A DNA stretch of 64,000 nt from Lingula anatina (lineage: Eukaryota; Animalia; Brachiopoda), in assembly GCA_051362555.1 (NCBI GenBank), contig CM120644.1, positions 132,954 through 196,953 of the forward strand, read 5' to 3'. The translations under genes and the position numbers were made by a program. The notes under the pieces were generated by a model. That model had not been told where the DNA came from, searched no databases, and was given only the letters and a program-made list of their open reading frames with translations. Below, piece after piece: positions 32,982 to 46,800 of the stretch. Numbering within the stretch: position 1 is the first letter of the stretch; each line of letters starts with the position of its first letter.

Positions 32982-35900
32982 TACACACACACACACATGT
33001 GAAAAAAGGAACACAGTGCAGTCATCACTTAACTTTTTTGTTGCTTTGTAGCTATTAAATATTTCACATATATGATAATAATGATAATAATAATATTAAT
33101 ATCTGAATAAACCAGTTGTTTACAATTACAAATTCTGCTATAAGCCTGTTAGCTGTCTAAATCATGTTAGCCTATTGTTTGTGTGTGTTGTTTTCAGAGA
33201 ACCCAGACTCTGATTTAGATGCTCTGTTAGGAGAGCTGTGTCTACTGGAGACTCAACTGTCTTCTGCTCAAACAGAACTTAGCCACTCTCTGGAAACAGC
33301 TCAGCCAACTAAACACACACAGGAAAGTAAGGTGACAGTGGACTTTGATCAGCTCTTCAACTCCACTCAAGCTGAATTAGCAGAGCTGGACTCTCAGATA
33401 GAAAGCTTGACGTCAAAACCCACTGGACAATCAGAAACTAATGAGAACTTATCTGACCAATCACAGCATTGTGTGAAGAATAATGGACATGTCGGCCAAA
33501 CACATGTAGAACATATCTCTAGCCCTAAAAAGGAGGGCAGCCAATCGGGGGCTAAGTTACTATACAGTTCAGGACAAAAAGGAAGTAGTCACTATGTGAG
33601 TAGCGAACAAGAAAACAGTGGTGGTGATGGAGACTCTATTTGGGAACCGCAAACGCCTTCAACACTCACGCTTCCTGTGTCGCCAGTCTCATCTGTTACC
33701 ATGGCAACAGGTCAGCCTATCAGAGTCAGCGTATCATCTGAGGTGGAGAAGAAAGCAGAAGAGCGAGATTCTGTATTTTCTGAGGTGACGCCTTCCAATT
33801 CTAATACATCCATGGCGACCATGAGTAGTGGGTCCTCGGGTGTTCAGGTCACTCCAACAGAGGTTTGTTCTACTTTGTTGTCTTCCATTGGTACTCTTCT
33901 GATAGAGATTTATTACTTATGGTAATTACTCAATCTTTTCAATGGACAAAAAATATCAAACTTCAGATGTAATTTTATAATCACAAAATTATATTTGTAC
34001 ATAGCATTTGTGGTGCTTTACTACCTAGGATAGATTTATAAAGTGGCCTGCTTTTTAATTTTGTTGCAAACATTCAATCTGTCTAGTTCTAAGAAATCAT
34101 GACTTAAAAAATACAGTATTGGTCCTTGAAATTTACAATTTTCTTCCCATTGAAGAGATCTAGTAATTTCCATATATAATGCATGGAAAATGGATATCGG
34201 TTAAACCTTCTTATAATAACTTAATGTGAATGTTATAAAGTACAAAATGACATCAAGTAATCATAAGCTGGCTCCATGTAAGACTCTCTGAAGATGACAT
34301 AGAGGCTGGATAGTGGAGTGCTGGTCACATGATCTCATTCCGTGCTAGAAGGTCATTACTGTGTAATTGGAAGTAAATCAAATATTATTTGAGTTATGAT
34401 TAAATGATGTCATTTTGATGATACTTGTCAGGCATTGTGCATCTTTGATAATTATGTTTATTTCTTGATTTGTTCTTCATATTTGCTAGATGTTGTAATT
34501 TTTAGTTCTTGTAGCTCACTTTTATTTGGCTATCAGAATGAATGTTTTAATGATTTTTACAAATTTAATAATTTGTTTTATTTCAAGTATGGTTCAAGTT
34601 TCTGCATGTATCAATCAGTTTTGGTTTGTATTTTTCACACAGAACAGCTGACTTATAATGTGACTTATATACTGAATTTTATATCCAGAAAGAATGTTTG
34701 GGACATTTATTACCAGTGATTGGCCTAAAATATTTATATTAATTTTTAATTAACAGTTGGAAATGCATAATTAATATTAAAATGCTAACACAAAAAGCCA
34801 AGTCTACCCTCAGCAGTTGTGTGTGTGAACTGTAGGGAATTTATTCATTGTGATATTTTGCATGTCTTTCTAACTGTCCTATTGTCTTGCTCTTAACTTG
34901 ACCTTGATCTAGTTTCTCTGCATGCAAGCCTGTTTGCCACATTGGAGTTGACAAGAAATAAATAACAAATCTTGTCCACAATTCGAGAGGGAGTCAGATC
35001 TGAAATAGAATATTGCATTCAACCTGTTACCTCATGCACCTAGAAGTACAATATCAGTCCAACCTGTCTACACTACAACTGTACTCATATGTTCTATCAT
35101 AAGGTCACAGTAACAGTGTACTGGATACAAGTATAATATCAGTCCAACCTGTCTACACTACAACTGTACTCATATGTTCTATCATAAGGTCACAGTAACA
35201 GTGTACTGGATACAAGTATGATATCAGTTCAACCTGTCTACACTACAACTGTACTCATGTGTTCTATCATAAGGTCACAGTAACAGTGTACTGGATACAA
35301 GTATAATATCAGTCCAACCTGTCTACACTACAACTGTACTCATATGTTCTATCATAAGGTCACAGTAACAGTGTACTGGATACAAGTATGATATCAGTTC
35401 AACCTGTCTACACTACAACTGTACTCATATGTTCTATCATAAGGTCACAGTAACAGTGTACTGGATACAAGTATAATATCAGTCCAACCTGTCTACACTA
35501 CAACTGTACTCATATGTTCTATCATAAGGTCACAGTAACAGTGTACTGGATACAAGTATAATATCAGTCCAACCTGTCTACACTACAACTGTACTCATAT
35601 GTTCTATCATAAGGTCACAGTAACAGTGTACTGGATACAAGTATGATATCAGTTCAACCTGTCTACACTACAACTGTACTCATATGTTCTATCATAAGGT
35701 CACAGTAACAGTGTACTGGATACAAGTATAATATCAGTCCAACCTGTCTACACTACAACTGTACTCATATGTTCTATCATAAGGTCACAGTAACAGTGTA
35801 CTGGATACAAGTATAATATCAGTCCAACCTGTCTACACTACAACTGTACTCATATGTTCTATCATAAGGTCACAGTAACAGTGTACTGGATACAAGTATG

Positions 35901-37103
35901 ATATCAGTTCAACCTGTCTACACTACAACTGTACTCATATGTTCTATCATAAGGTCACAGTAACAGTGTACTGGATACAAGTATAATATCAGTTCAACCT
36001 GTCTACACTACAACTGTACTCATATGTTCTATCATAAGGTCACAGTAACAGTGTACTGGATACAAGTATAATATCAGTCCAACCTGTCTACACTACAACT
36101 GTACTCATATGTTCTATCATAAGGTCACAGTAACAGTGTACTGGATACAAGTATAATATCAGTTCAACCTGTCTACACTACAACTGTACTCATATGTTCT
36201 ATCATAAGGTCACAGTAACAGTGTACTGGGTAAAAGTTATAATACTCCCCATTGTTTAAGAGATGATTCATTAGATTAAGATGGTTAAGAAAAGCATTAA
36301 CATGCAACATATTGTGATCTTTAATTGCTTCAAGGCTGATTCAGAATAAAGAAAAAAGCTACATAGATATGCCATTTTCAGTCTTGGTATTTCACTTGTT
36401 TAGATAAAATGAGGAGCTCAAAACTTTTTTGATTGTATTAAATTTGAATGGTGCACAAGGGGACATTTATTTTCATTTGTAATTCTAAATATTTTAGAAA
36501 TCAAGAATCAAGTCAAGAAATATTTATTCGTCTATCAATCCGTCTTTACTAGATCAATCTTCATTAATTGATCTAAATTTGATTTCAGTTTTACTTAAGA
36601 TTTAATATATAGCATATTTGAAGTATGAGAAGTTGTCAGTGTGGACATGGGCCCCAGCTCTATTGAGATGACAGGCTTGTGTGTATTCTAAAGTTGTCAG
36701 TGTGGACATGGGCCCCAGCTCTGTTGAGATGACAGGCTTGTGTGTATTCTAAAGTTGTCAGTGTGGACATGGGCCCTAGCTCTATTGAGATGACAGGCTT
36801 GTGTGTATTCTAAAGTTGTCAGTGTGGACATGGGCCCCAGCTCTATTGAGATGACAGGCTTGTGTGTATTCTAAAGTTGTCAGTGTGGACATGGGCCCCA
36901 GCTCTATTGAGATGACAGGTTTGTGTGTATTCTAAAGTTGTCAGTGTGGACATGGGCCCCAGCTCTATTGAGATGACAGGCTTGTGTGTATTCTAAAGTT
37001 GTCAGTGTGGACATGGGCCCCAGCTCTGTTGAGATGACAGGCTTGTGTGTATTCTAAAGTTGTCAGTGTGGACATGGGCCCTAGCTCTATTGAGATGACA
37101 GGC

Positions 37104-37160
<57 letters not shown>

Positions 37161-38787
37161 TTCTTATATGGCGCCTTACATTCTATCTCAAGGCGCCTTA
37201 CAATAATGGCTAATATACTAAAATCATTAAAATGACTACAATATTTTAATCATAAACTCTCATTGGAAACCATTTAAAATTTACACTACTAAAAATCAAT
37301 CTTATTAAAAAAAAAAAAAAAAAACATATATATATTAAAATAAAATCTAAGAGATATAGACAGAATTAAAAAAGTGGGTCTTTAAAAGAGATTTAAAATT
37401 GTCAAAGTCTTCTGTTTTCCTAATAAAATTTGGTATTGTGTGTATTCTAAAGTTGTCAGTGTGGACATGGGCCCCAGCTCTATTGAGATGACAGGTTTAT
37501 GTGTATTCTAAAGTTGTCAGTGTGGACATGGGCCCCAGCTCTATTGAGATGACAGGCTTGTGTGTATTCTAAAGTTGTCAGTGTGGACATGGGCCCCAGC
37601 TCTGTTGAGATGACAGGCTTGTGTGTATTCTAAAGTTGTCAGTGTGGACATGGGCCCTAGCTCTATTGAGATGACAGGCTTGTGTGTATTCTAAAGTTGT
37701 CAGTGTGGACATGGGCCCCAGCTCTATTGAGATGACAGGCTTGTGTGTATTCTAAAGTTGTCAGTGTGGACATGGGCCCCAGCTCTATTGAGATGACAGG
37801 TTTGTGTGTATTCTAAAGTTGTCAGTGTGGACATGGGCCCCAGCTCTATTGAGATGACAGGCTTGTGTGTATTCTAAAGTTGTCAGTGTGGACATGGGCC
37901 CCAGCTCTGTTGAGATGACAGGCTTGTGTGTATTCTAAAGTTGTCAGTGTGGACATGGGCCCTAGCTCTATTGAGATGACAGGCTTGTGTGTATTCTAAC
38001 TCCTTCCACAATATTTACAGTAATGGCTCTATCATTTCAATAGGAAAAATTATCAATTTTTCAGATACATGATTTTGGAATCATTAAAAATGAATTTTTA
38101 TGGAATATTTTGGTGTTTTGACTATTTAGAACTAATAGGTAGTCTGCTTTTCAATTGTGTTGCTATCACTCAATTAGAATTTTCTAATTTTAGGAATTTA
38201 TTACTTCAAAAATACAGAATCTGACAAATTCACAATTTTCTCCATTGAAAAGATGGAGTCATTACGGTGTTCTAATTCCTTCCACAGTATCCTGCTTCTA
38301 ACTGTCCTATCTTATCATTTGTGCTTTCCATGTGATTGCTTTATACACTAGGTGTCACTGTGTATTGATGCGATGATGCATGATCCCAATGTGCGTGCAC
38401 GACTTGATAGCGTGCAAGAAGAATTGAAGCAAGCAAACGTCCCCCCAGTAAGTGCATGGTACACACCTCTGCAGTTCACCTTGACGCGGTGCTGTATTTT
38501 AGTACTTAATATAATCCATTACACCTACTGTAACATAATGATATGGTGCTGTATTGTAGTAGTATAATCCATTACACCTACACAAGTAGTGAATTTATGA
38601 CAAGTTATATGTATTGATAGAATATATGCATATTAAGTTTACTGCAAGGTCTAACCATAATACTATGTATTACTTTATTTCCCGAATACACAGCATAAAT
38701 AAATATTTTAATAAATGGATAGCTGATTAGATAGAGAAATTATTAATTTGATATTATGTAAAGAAAGAAAGAAAGAAAGAAAGAAAG

Positions 38788-38839
<52 letters not shown>

Positions 38840-40813
38840 GAATATTGAAAGATGGTTAATAAATGATTTCAACTGTGCTATGTGCAGTTTTTTTATATGG
38901 CAGAACATTTTTCTTGTTTTCTAAGAAAGATAAATATTTTCAGTACTAAATATTCAAAGTTTGAGGTAAAGGCTGCTAAGGCAGGTTTTCTGCCTGGTCA
39001 TCATAAATCTGTCAGGGGTCTTTTATGAAGTTTTATCCCAGCTAGGAGAGACCTCTGGTGGAGAAACCTTGGAGGGAGCATTGGTATACAGAGGGTTTCT
39101 TTAGGACAGTTCACACTGGACTCTTTTGGACCATAAATCAGTTCACACTGGACTCTTTTGGACCATAAATCAGTTAGATAGGTACTGGAAGGTGGTGGTA
39201 GTGATGTATCAGGCATGTGACATTCTAGTACACAGTGGGGTCTCTTGGTGATCTTGCAGTCTGATGATGCCTTTAGACCTAAATTAAGTCCAGAATGTAG
39301 TGTTTGTCTCAACAGGTCTTAATCAGACATCAGATGTTCAGTTTTTCTGCCAAACAGAGTTTTATTGCATTTTATGCCAACATTAGAGCAGTGCTGTATC
39401 CCAGCTGATGGAAAGATGAACTGCTGCTCTCTAAATTACCAACTTAAACTTATCACTTATATTTTATAAAAGCACAGTTTATTTGTAACAATTAACTTAT
39501 AGGGTAACCTAATTATTCATAATTTATTAATTGAAATGTGACGATGCATTAAATAAGTAATGGGTAGGGTTTGGTTATGACTAAGTGAAGAAGCTTGAAG
39601 ATGTTTCATTTAAAGATGTGGTTCAGAGTAAAGCAGTGGGTGTAATATTTCAGAATATCCTGGTACACATGGTTTTACATATATAACAAAGATCACAACA
39701 AATATATATACTAGTTGGTTAAGGAATCCATACTTGGTTTATAATTCACTTCTGAAGTATACATGATCCATTTAAACAAGGTTATGGTAAAAACATGGTC
39801 ACATCTTTTATGAAGTCACATGTCTTTAAATAATGTCCATGTCTGTCCATGTGTTAACTAGTGTACATATATGTTTATTTCAGGCAGAACAAGCTGCTAG
39901 GCTGAAGTCAGAGAAGATCAAGATAGCTCTGGAGAAGATAAAGGAAGCCAGTGTGAAAAAGGTACACAGTGTTCTGAATTCAAACTTGGCATTTCTAAGG
40001 AGATGGTGAAATAAATCAAAACCTGTTCATCTCATGGCTCTAGTTGATGTAGCAGAAAACACTAGAGAGAACTTAGAATTTACAACTTAAGTCTATATGG
40101 GTACTAAATACAAAGAGAGCTGTAAACCGTGCTATTTCTTGTGCGTGGTCTATACAGTCAGTTTTAGGCTGCAACTGGCTGGAGACAGTCTTTGGTTTGA
40201 TTGAATCAGTTTGGTTCAGTATGTCAATATCAACTACTGGTCCCATGTATTCCATGTGAGTGAGCTATGTGGCTGGTTGATATCCTTTATCTCTCCCAAA
40301 CGCTATGCAGTGTATCCACCACAATATTTAATTACTCTATATCTAAACAATTCAAATGTGCTAACTATCATTACAGTAATTACCTGATCTATTCAATGGA
40401 GTGTATTGTGTATTTTACAGATACTGCATTTTTAAGTCATAATATCTTAAAATTAGAACCTTTCTATTGAGTGGTAACAACAACACTGAAAAACAGCCTA
40501 GAATTCTATTCTATGCAGTAAAAACAACACAAATTCTGTATAATAATATAATTTTAGTGATAATTAAATTATTTATCTAAAAGTTTGATAATGTTTGCCA
40601 TATGAAAAGATAAAGTAAAACTATATTTCCACTGTTGTCCCATTTCAGCTGTTTGTCCAGGCCCATGCAGCAGATGGCAGCAGCAAGACCATTCTGGTGG
40701 ATGAGAAGATGACTTGTGGTCAGGTGGTCAACATGCTGATAGCCAAGAACCACTGTAAACCTAATCTTAACTGGGCAGTGGTGGAGAGAATGCCAGACCT
40801 GCTCATGGGTCAG

Positions 40814-40849
<36 letters not shown>

Positions 40850-43800
40850 AGTCTATCAAAGTGTTTAATTTATGTTTTTGTTTATTTTTTGTTTGTTTTG
40901 TTTTTTGTGTTATGTAAAAATGAGAAGAGATAACTAGTCAGAGGTCAGATTTTATGAAATAAGAAAATGTCAGGTATATGATAACTGACCTTACCTGAGC
41001 CAGGTGTAGGCAGAGAAGATGTCCTATCTTCCTGCTGTGAGAGTGTTAAAACAAAGATGTCTCCCCTGTTTCCTTAACAACTGACTGTTATAAACAGTGA
41101 TTGGTACCAAGAAAATGTTATAATACTGTGTATGTTGGTCTTCAGAGCGGCTCCTGGAGGATCACTACTTGCTGGTGGAGCACCTATTGTCTTGGTCCAG
41201 AGACTCTAAGAATAAACTGATGTTCTTACAGAGGACAGATAAATATGAGTTGTTCAGACACCCAGAGGTAACTAAAGCTGACCAGCTATCATATGTCATA
41301 TCACATAATAGGTTTATAATTCTGGTAACTAAGGCTGACCAGCTCCCATATGTCATATCACATAATAAGTTTATAATTCTGGTAACTAAGGCTGACCAGC
41401 TACCATATGTCATATCACATAATAAGTTTATAATTCTGGTAACTAAGGCTGACCAGCTACCATATGTCATATCACATAATAGGTTTATAATTCTGGTAAC
41501 TAAGGCTGACCAGCTAGCATATGTCATATCACATAATAGGTTTATAATTCTGGTAACTAAGGCTGACCAGCTATCATATGTCATATCACATAATAGGTTT
41601 ATAATTCTGGTAACTAAGGCTGACCAGCTACCATATGTCATATGTCATCAGTCCATCACGTAGTAGTTTTATATTTCTGGAAAACATACTAAATTATTTT
41701 GCAAAGAAAATAATCAGCTATGTTATTGTACCACCAGCGTAGGCGCTGGCGGTACACATGGTTTTAGTCCCGACCCGTATGTTCCGCCGGCTCCTGCGGC
41801 TCCTGCGGCTCCGCCGCCAAGTCACCGTTACCGCTTCTCCTCCTAGACGGTAAGGGCCTCCATACCCATCTCTTGGATTTAGGTCACCTATAATCTCAAC
41901 TCGTTCCACGTAAAATTTGGGCTTTGTCGGTATTGGGGTCTAGGTGTGGCACTCATTGCAATGCACCCTTGTCCAAAAATGGCAAAATTAAATGCTAATT
42001 ATCTCCCCTACAGAAGGAATTATGGGAAAAATTTCTACAGACAGCTTTCCAAAAGTCATAGGTGTAGATTTCAAATATGCCCTTGGATTTGACCTTTGAC
42101 CTTTATTTTAAGGTCAAACGGGCAAAAATTTTCAAAAAAACAAAATTTTTGCCGAAAAAAAAATTATTTGCGGTCTTATTCAGACACCACACAGACTTAA
42201 CTAATAATATTAATGGAAAGTGTTACCCTTCAGGTCATCTTTCATCTCCGTGAATTTGGGGTCAATCGGTGCATTTTCACGGGAGTAGCGGCCATAAGAT
42301 ATCGAAACTGAAAACTGTCTCTAATTCGGGAACCGTTAATGCTAGACACCCATTCTTTTTTGCATTTTGTAGAGCATGTAAAGCCCAACACTGGAGGTGG
42401 TCTCCGTTTTTTTGTATTCCATACGGTTTTCGAGTTACGCTGTATCAAAAAGTACATATTGGTGGTGAAAGCAAAATGTGCAGTACAGTAATGGATAATA
42501 AATTTTGAACTCCGGAAAAATAAAACATAAGGCTTGGCAAAGCAGACAACTTGTGGTCAAAAATGACATCATTTCATCAAATTTGAACATCTGGAACTTC
42601 AGAGCACCTCCCATTTCAAGAATTTTGACCAAAATGACCTTTTCTTTATTTTAATTAATTTTTTTTGTAGGAAATTTATGGCACATTATGGTAACTCCAA
42701 AATTATAACATTTAGTCCCTTATATCTCCAAAACTGGCAGAGATAGGTCCATAGTTACTATTGAACTTGAATAGGAAGTCATACACTGGCAATCTAAATG
42801 TGACCTTAAAATTGACCTTTGACCTACTTTTCACCATGAACTGAACTTTGCAAATTTTGCTTCCTTTTTATCTCCAAAACTGGCAGAGATAGGTCCATAG
42901 TTTCTATTGAACTTGAATAGGAAGTCATATACTGGCAATCTAAATGTGACCTTAAAATTGACCTTTGACCTACTTTTCACCATGAACTGAACTTTGCAAA
43001 TTTTGCTTCCCTTTTATCTACAAAACTGGCAGAGATAGGTCCATAGTTACTATTGAAGTTGAATAGGAAGTCATATACTGGCAATCTAAATGTGACCTTA
43101 AAATTGACCTTTGACCTACTTTTCACCATGAACTGAACTTTGCAAATTTTGCTTCCCTTTTATCTCCAAAACTGGCAGAGATAGGTCCATAGTTACTATT
43201 GAACTTGAATAGGAAGTCATATACTTGCAATCTAAATGTGACCTTAAAATTGACCTTTGACCTACTTTTCACCATGAACTGAACTTTGCAAATTTTGCTT
43301 CCTTTTATCTCCAAAACTGGCAGAGATAGGTCCATAGTTTCTATTGAACTTGAATAGGAAGTCATATACTGGCAATCTAAATGTGACCTTAAAATTGACC
43401 TTTGACCTACTTTTCACCATGAACTGAACTTTGCAAATTTTGCTTCCCTTTTATCTCCAAAACTGGCAGAGATAGGTCCATAGTTACTATTGAAGTTGAA
43501 TAGGAAGTCATATACTGGCAATCTAAATGTGACCTTAAAATTGACCTTTGACCTACTTTTCACCATGAACTGAACTTTGCATAGTTTGCTTCCCCTTTAT
43601 CTCCAAAACTGGCAGAGATAGGTCCATAGTTACTATTGAACGTGAATAGGAAGTCATATACTGGCAATCTAAGTGTGACCTTGAAATTGACCTTTGACCT
43701 ACTTATTATCATGAACTGAACTCTGCTAATTTCTTTCTCTTTTAACTCCAAACCTGGCAGAGATAGGCCCATAGTTACTATTGAAGTTGAATAGGAAGTC

Positions 43801-46800
43801 ATATACTGGCAATTTACTGTGACCTTGGAATTGACCTTTGACCTACCTTGCGATGAACTTAACTTTGATTGTACCATTTTTAGTAATATATATATTTTTT
43901 GCATATTTTGAAAATTCTTGTTGATTGCATTTTTACAGCTTGTCAAGCACAAGACTGGTGGCTGTGTTCCTTATTTTGTATATGTGGGGGTCTATATGAA
44001 TGCGCTTGCTCCAGCTGGTGGTACAATATTCGGAGGCGGTATCGCCTCTCTGATCCTCTAGTTCACTTTAAGTTATAATAATTCTTCAGAAATATACATC
44101 TTCTAATTTTGCTTAAATCAGAGTTATTACCACTGTGAGAGTCTAATATTTTGATGACCTACAATACTCCTCCATAGCTTTATGTGTTGTTGTTAGGAAT
44201 GATAATATTTCAATGACTTGCAGGACACCGTTATCTTAGAAATTAAAGCTATATTTAAATGTTATAATTGTAATTATAATAAAAAGATGGCAAAATTGTA
44301 GCTGTTGTTGGAAGAACCTATTTTATAATAGCTAAATACCTTGTAATTTTTGTGTAACTGTTTCAGGACTTCCTGCTGGTAGGTACAGCCCAGGCACAGA
44401 GCTGCTCACTGGATGAAAAAGGCAGGATTAACTTGATAAAGGTATCTTATGATCAACATTAATATGGAATGGGGTTATGACTGGTTGTTGAAGTTACATA
44501 TCTTAAAGATAGAAGCCAATTTTTTTAAATCAATATTTTCAGTGCAAAGATATAAAAACAAACAGGAACCAACCTTGAAAGTCACAAGTGATCTTTACAA
44601 TGACTTTGTCATATTACTCAGAAACCAGTAATAAATAAATATATAATGACAATTATGGTATAATATGGTTTTGCATCATCTCTTACTTTAGGAATTCTTG
44701 TCAGATTCCACGGGTACCAAAGTTCCTGAGATGGAAGGAATGATGTATATCAAGGCAGAAGGCAAAAAAGTTTGGAGGAAACACTTCTGTATCCTGAGGT
44801 CCTCTGGTATATATGTCAACTCCAAGGGAAAGAGTAAGGTTAGTTTACATTGTGTTAGCTGTGACAGCAGAAAATTATGTAAATGATGACATTCGATGAT
44901 TGTGTTAGATGTGAGTGAAAGTACATTGTGTTAGATGTGACAGCACATTGTGTTAGCTGTGGCAGTACATTATAATAGCTGTGACAGTACATAATGTTAA
45001 GGTGTTAAATGTGATAATTATGATGTAAGGTTGTGTTAGGTGTGCCAACAAATTGTGTAAGCTGTTCTTCTCTGTTTGGTTTCAGTCCTCCAAGGACCTG
45101 GTATGTTTGTGCCAGTTTGAGTATGTTGAGCTGTACACAGGACTGGACTGGAAGAAGAAGTACAGAGCTCCCACAGAGTTTGGGTTTGCTCTCAAGGTGA
45201 GGCATCAGATTGCAGTGTTTATATTTAATGAGTAAGGAGATATCTACAGGCTAGTTATAGAACTGCCCTGTGAATACATATGATTACATCAGACTGCAGA
45301 TATTCTACTTCAAAAGTGTTTATATTTAATGAGTAAGGAGATGTCTCCAAGTGAACATCAATCATATTTATTCACAGGGCAGTTCTATAACTAGCTTGAT
45401 GATATTACATTAATACGACATTATATTTGATGTTCACTTGAAGTGATAATATTTTACATACAAAATGATATACAGACACTTGCATACTACATTATATTTG
45501 ATGTTCACTTGGAGTGATAATATTTTACATACAAAATGATATACAGACACTTACTACATTATATTTGATGTTCACTTGGAGTGATAATATTTTACATACA
45601 AAATGATATACAGACACTTACATACTACATTATATTTGAGAAATCAATATCCTTATGTGTAAATAATATGTATATTCACCCGTTTTCTTCAATAAACCTT
45701 TAATTTAAATTTAAATTTAAATTATTTTGAAATGTTGTTTTTTTTTTTTTGTTTGTTTTTTTTTTTTTTTTTTTTGGTTGTTTTTCTAATAAATAGTATT
45801 GTACATCAATTTTCCAACTCTTAGCTTAATATTTCAGCATCCCCAGATTCAGAAGAAATGTAAATATATCAAATATATCTGCACAGAGGATGCAGAGACC
45901 TTAGTACGGTGGATGACAGCTATCAGGATTGCCAAGGTTAGGCCTAGGCTAGGATGATGCTGTGGTTGAGATGGTTGATTGTTTTAGATGTGACTGAACA
46001 GAATGTGCTAGCTGTGCTTGTGTTAGATATCACTGTCCTTAATGTGACAGTGGTAACTGCTTGTGGTGGGACTGTTTTGAATGTATAAGCTGTGCTATGT
46101 TGACTGTAACTGCTCTTAATGTGACAGTGGAATGCTTGTGGTGGGACCGTTTTGAATGTATAAGTTGTGCTGTGTTGACTGTAACTTTTCTGAATATGTT
46201 TACTGAGTTGCTTGGCAATTGTGACTGAATAAATTATTATTCCTGTTATTTTATTTTTGTGATTTAACAGAAAAGTAGACTGTAATCACTAACTGATATG
46301 ATTACATGTAAAGGTAAGTTTTTTCTTCAGATCTAATGCTATCATTATTTGAATATTTTCAGTTTGGCAAGCAGCTCCTGCTGAATTACAACCAGTCTGT
46401 GTCAGAGTTCAGAGACTGGAATTCCAAACTGCTGGAACTCACACCAGGCAACTACATGTTACAGCAGGTAAAGAATGAAGAGCAGAGACTTCAGGAGATC
46501 TACCAGCAGCCAGGCACTCTCCTTCGCAGTCACCGTGACAGCATCAGCTCAAAATCCTCTTCAGATTCCTCACGCTCCTCATCTAGTCATGGTAGTCATG
46601 GTGATCGAGGATCATCTTCTATGTCCTGGACGGCCTCCAGTCCCCGTTCAAGTGTCCAGTATGACCAGAGGATTTCAGCCCCGGTCAGTGTCCAGTACAG
46701 TGGTCAGAATTTAATGGACATTGAGCGGGGGTCAGTGCACATTGAAGGTGGTCCTGTGAAGCGTGACTCACATAGCAGGACATATAGTGACAGTGACCAG

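Noticed and set aside
32347-33058. VYVCMR/HTHT ORFs
   Set aside because: 30-bp minisatellite and (CA)n microsatellite.
41268-41663. In-frame extension of the RA exon by 19-aa repeats
   Set aside because: The canonical donor at 41268 restores the conserved RA-PH linker; the extension is intronic repeat. In-frame alternative donor use cannot be fully excluded.
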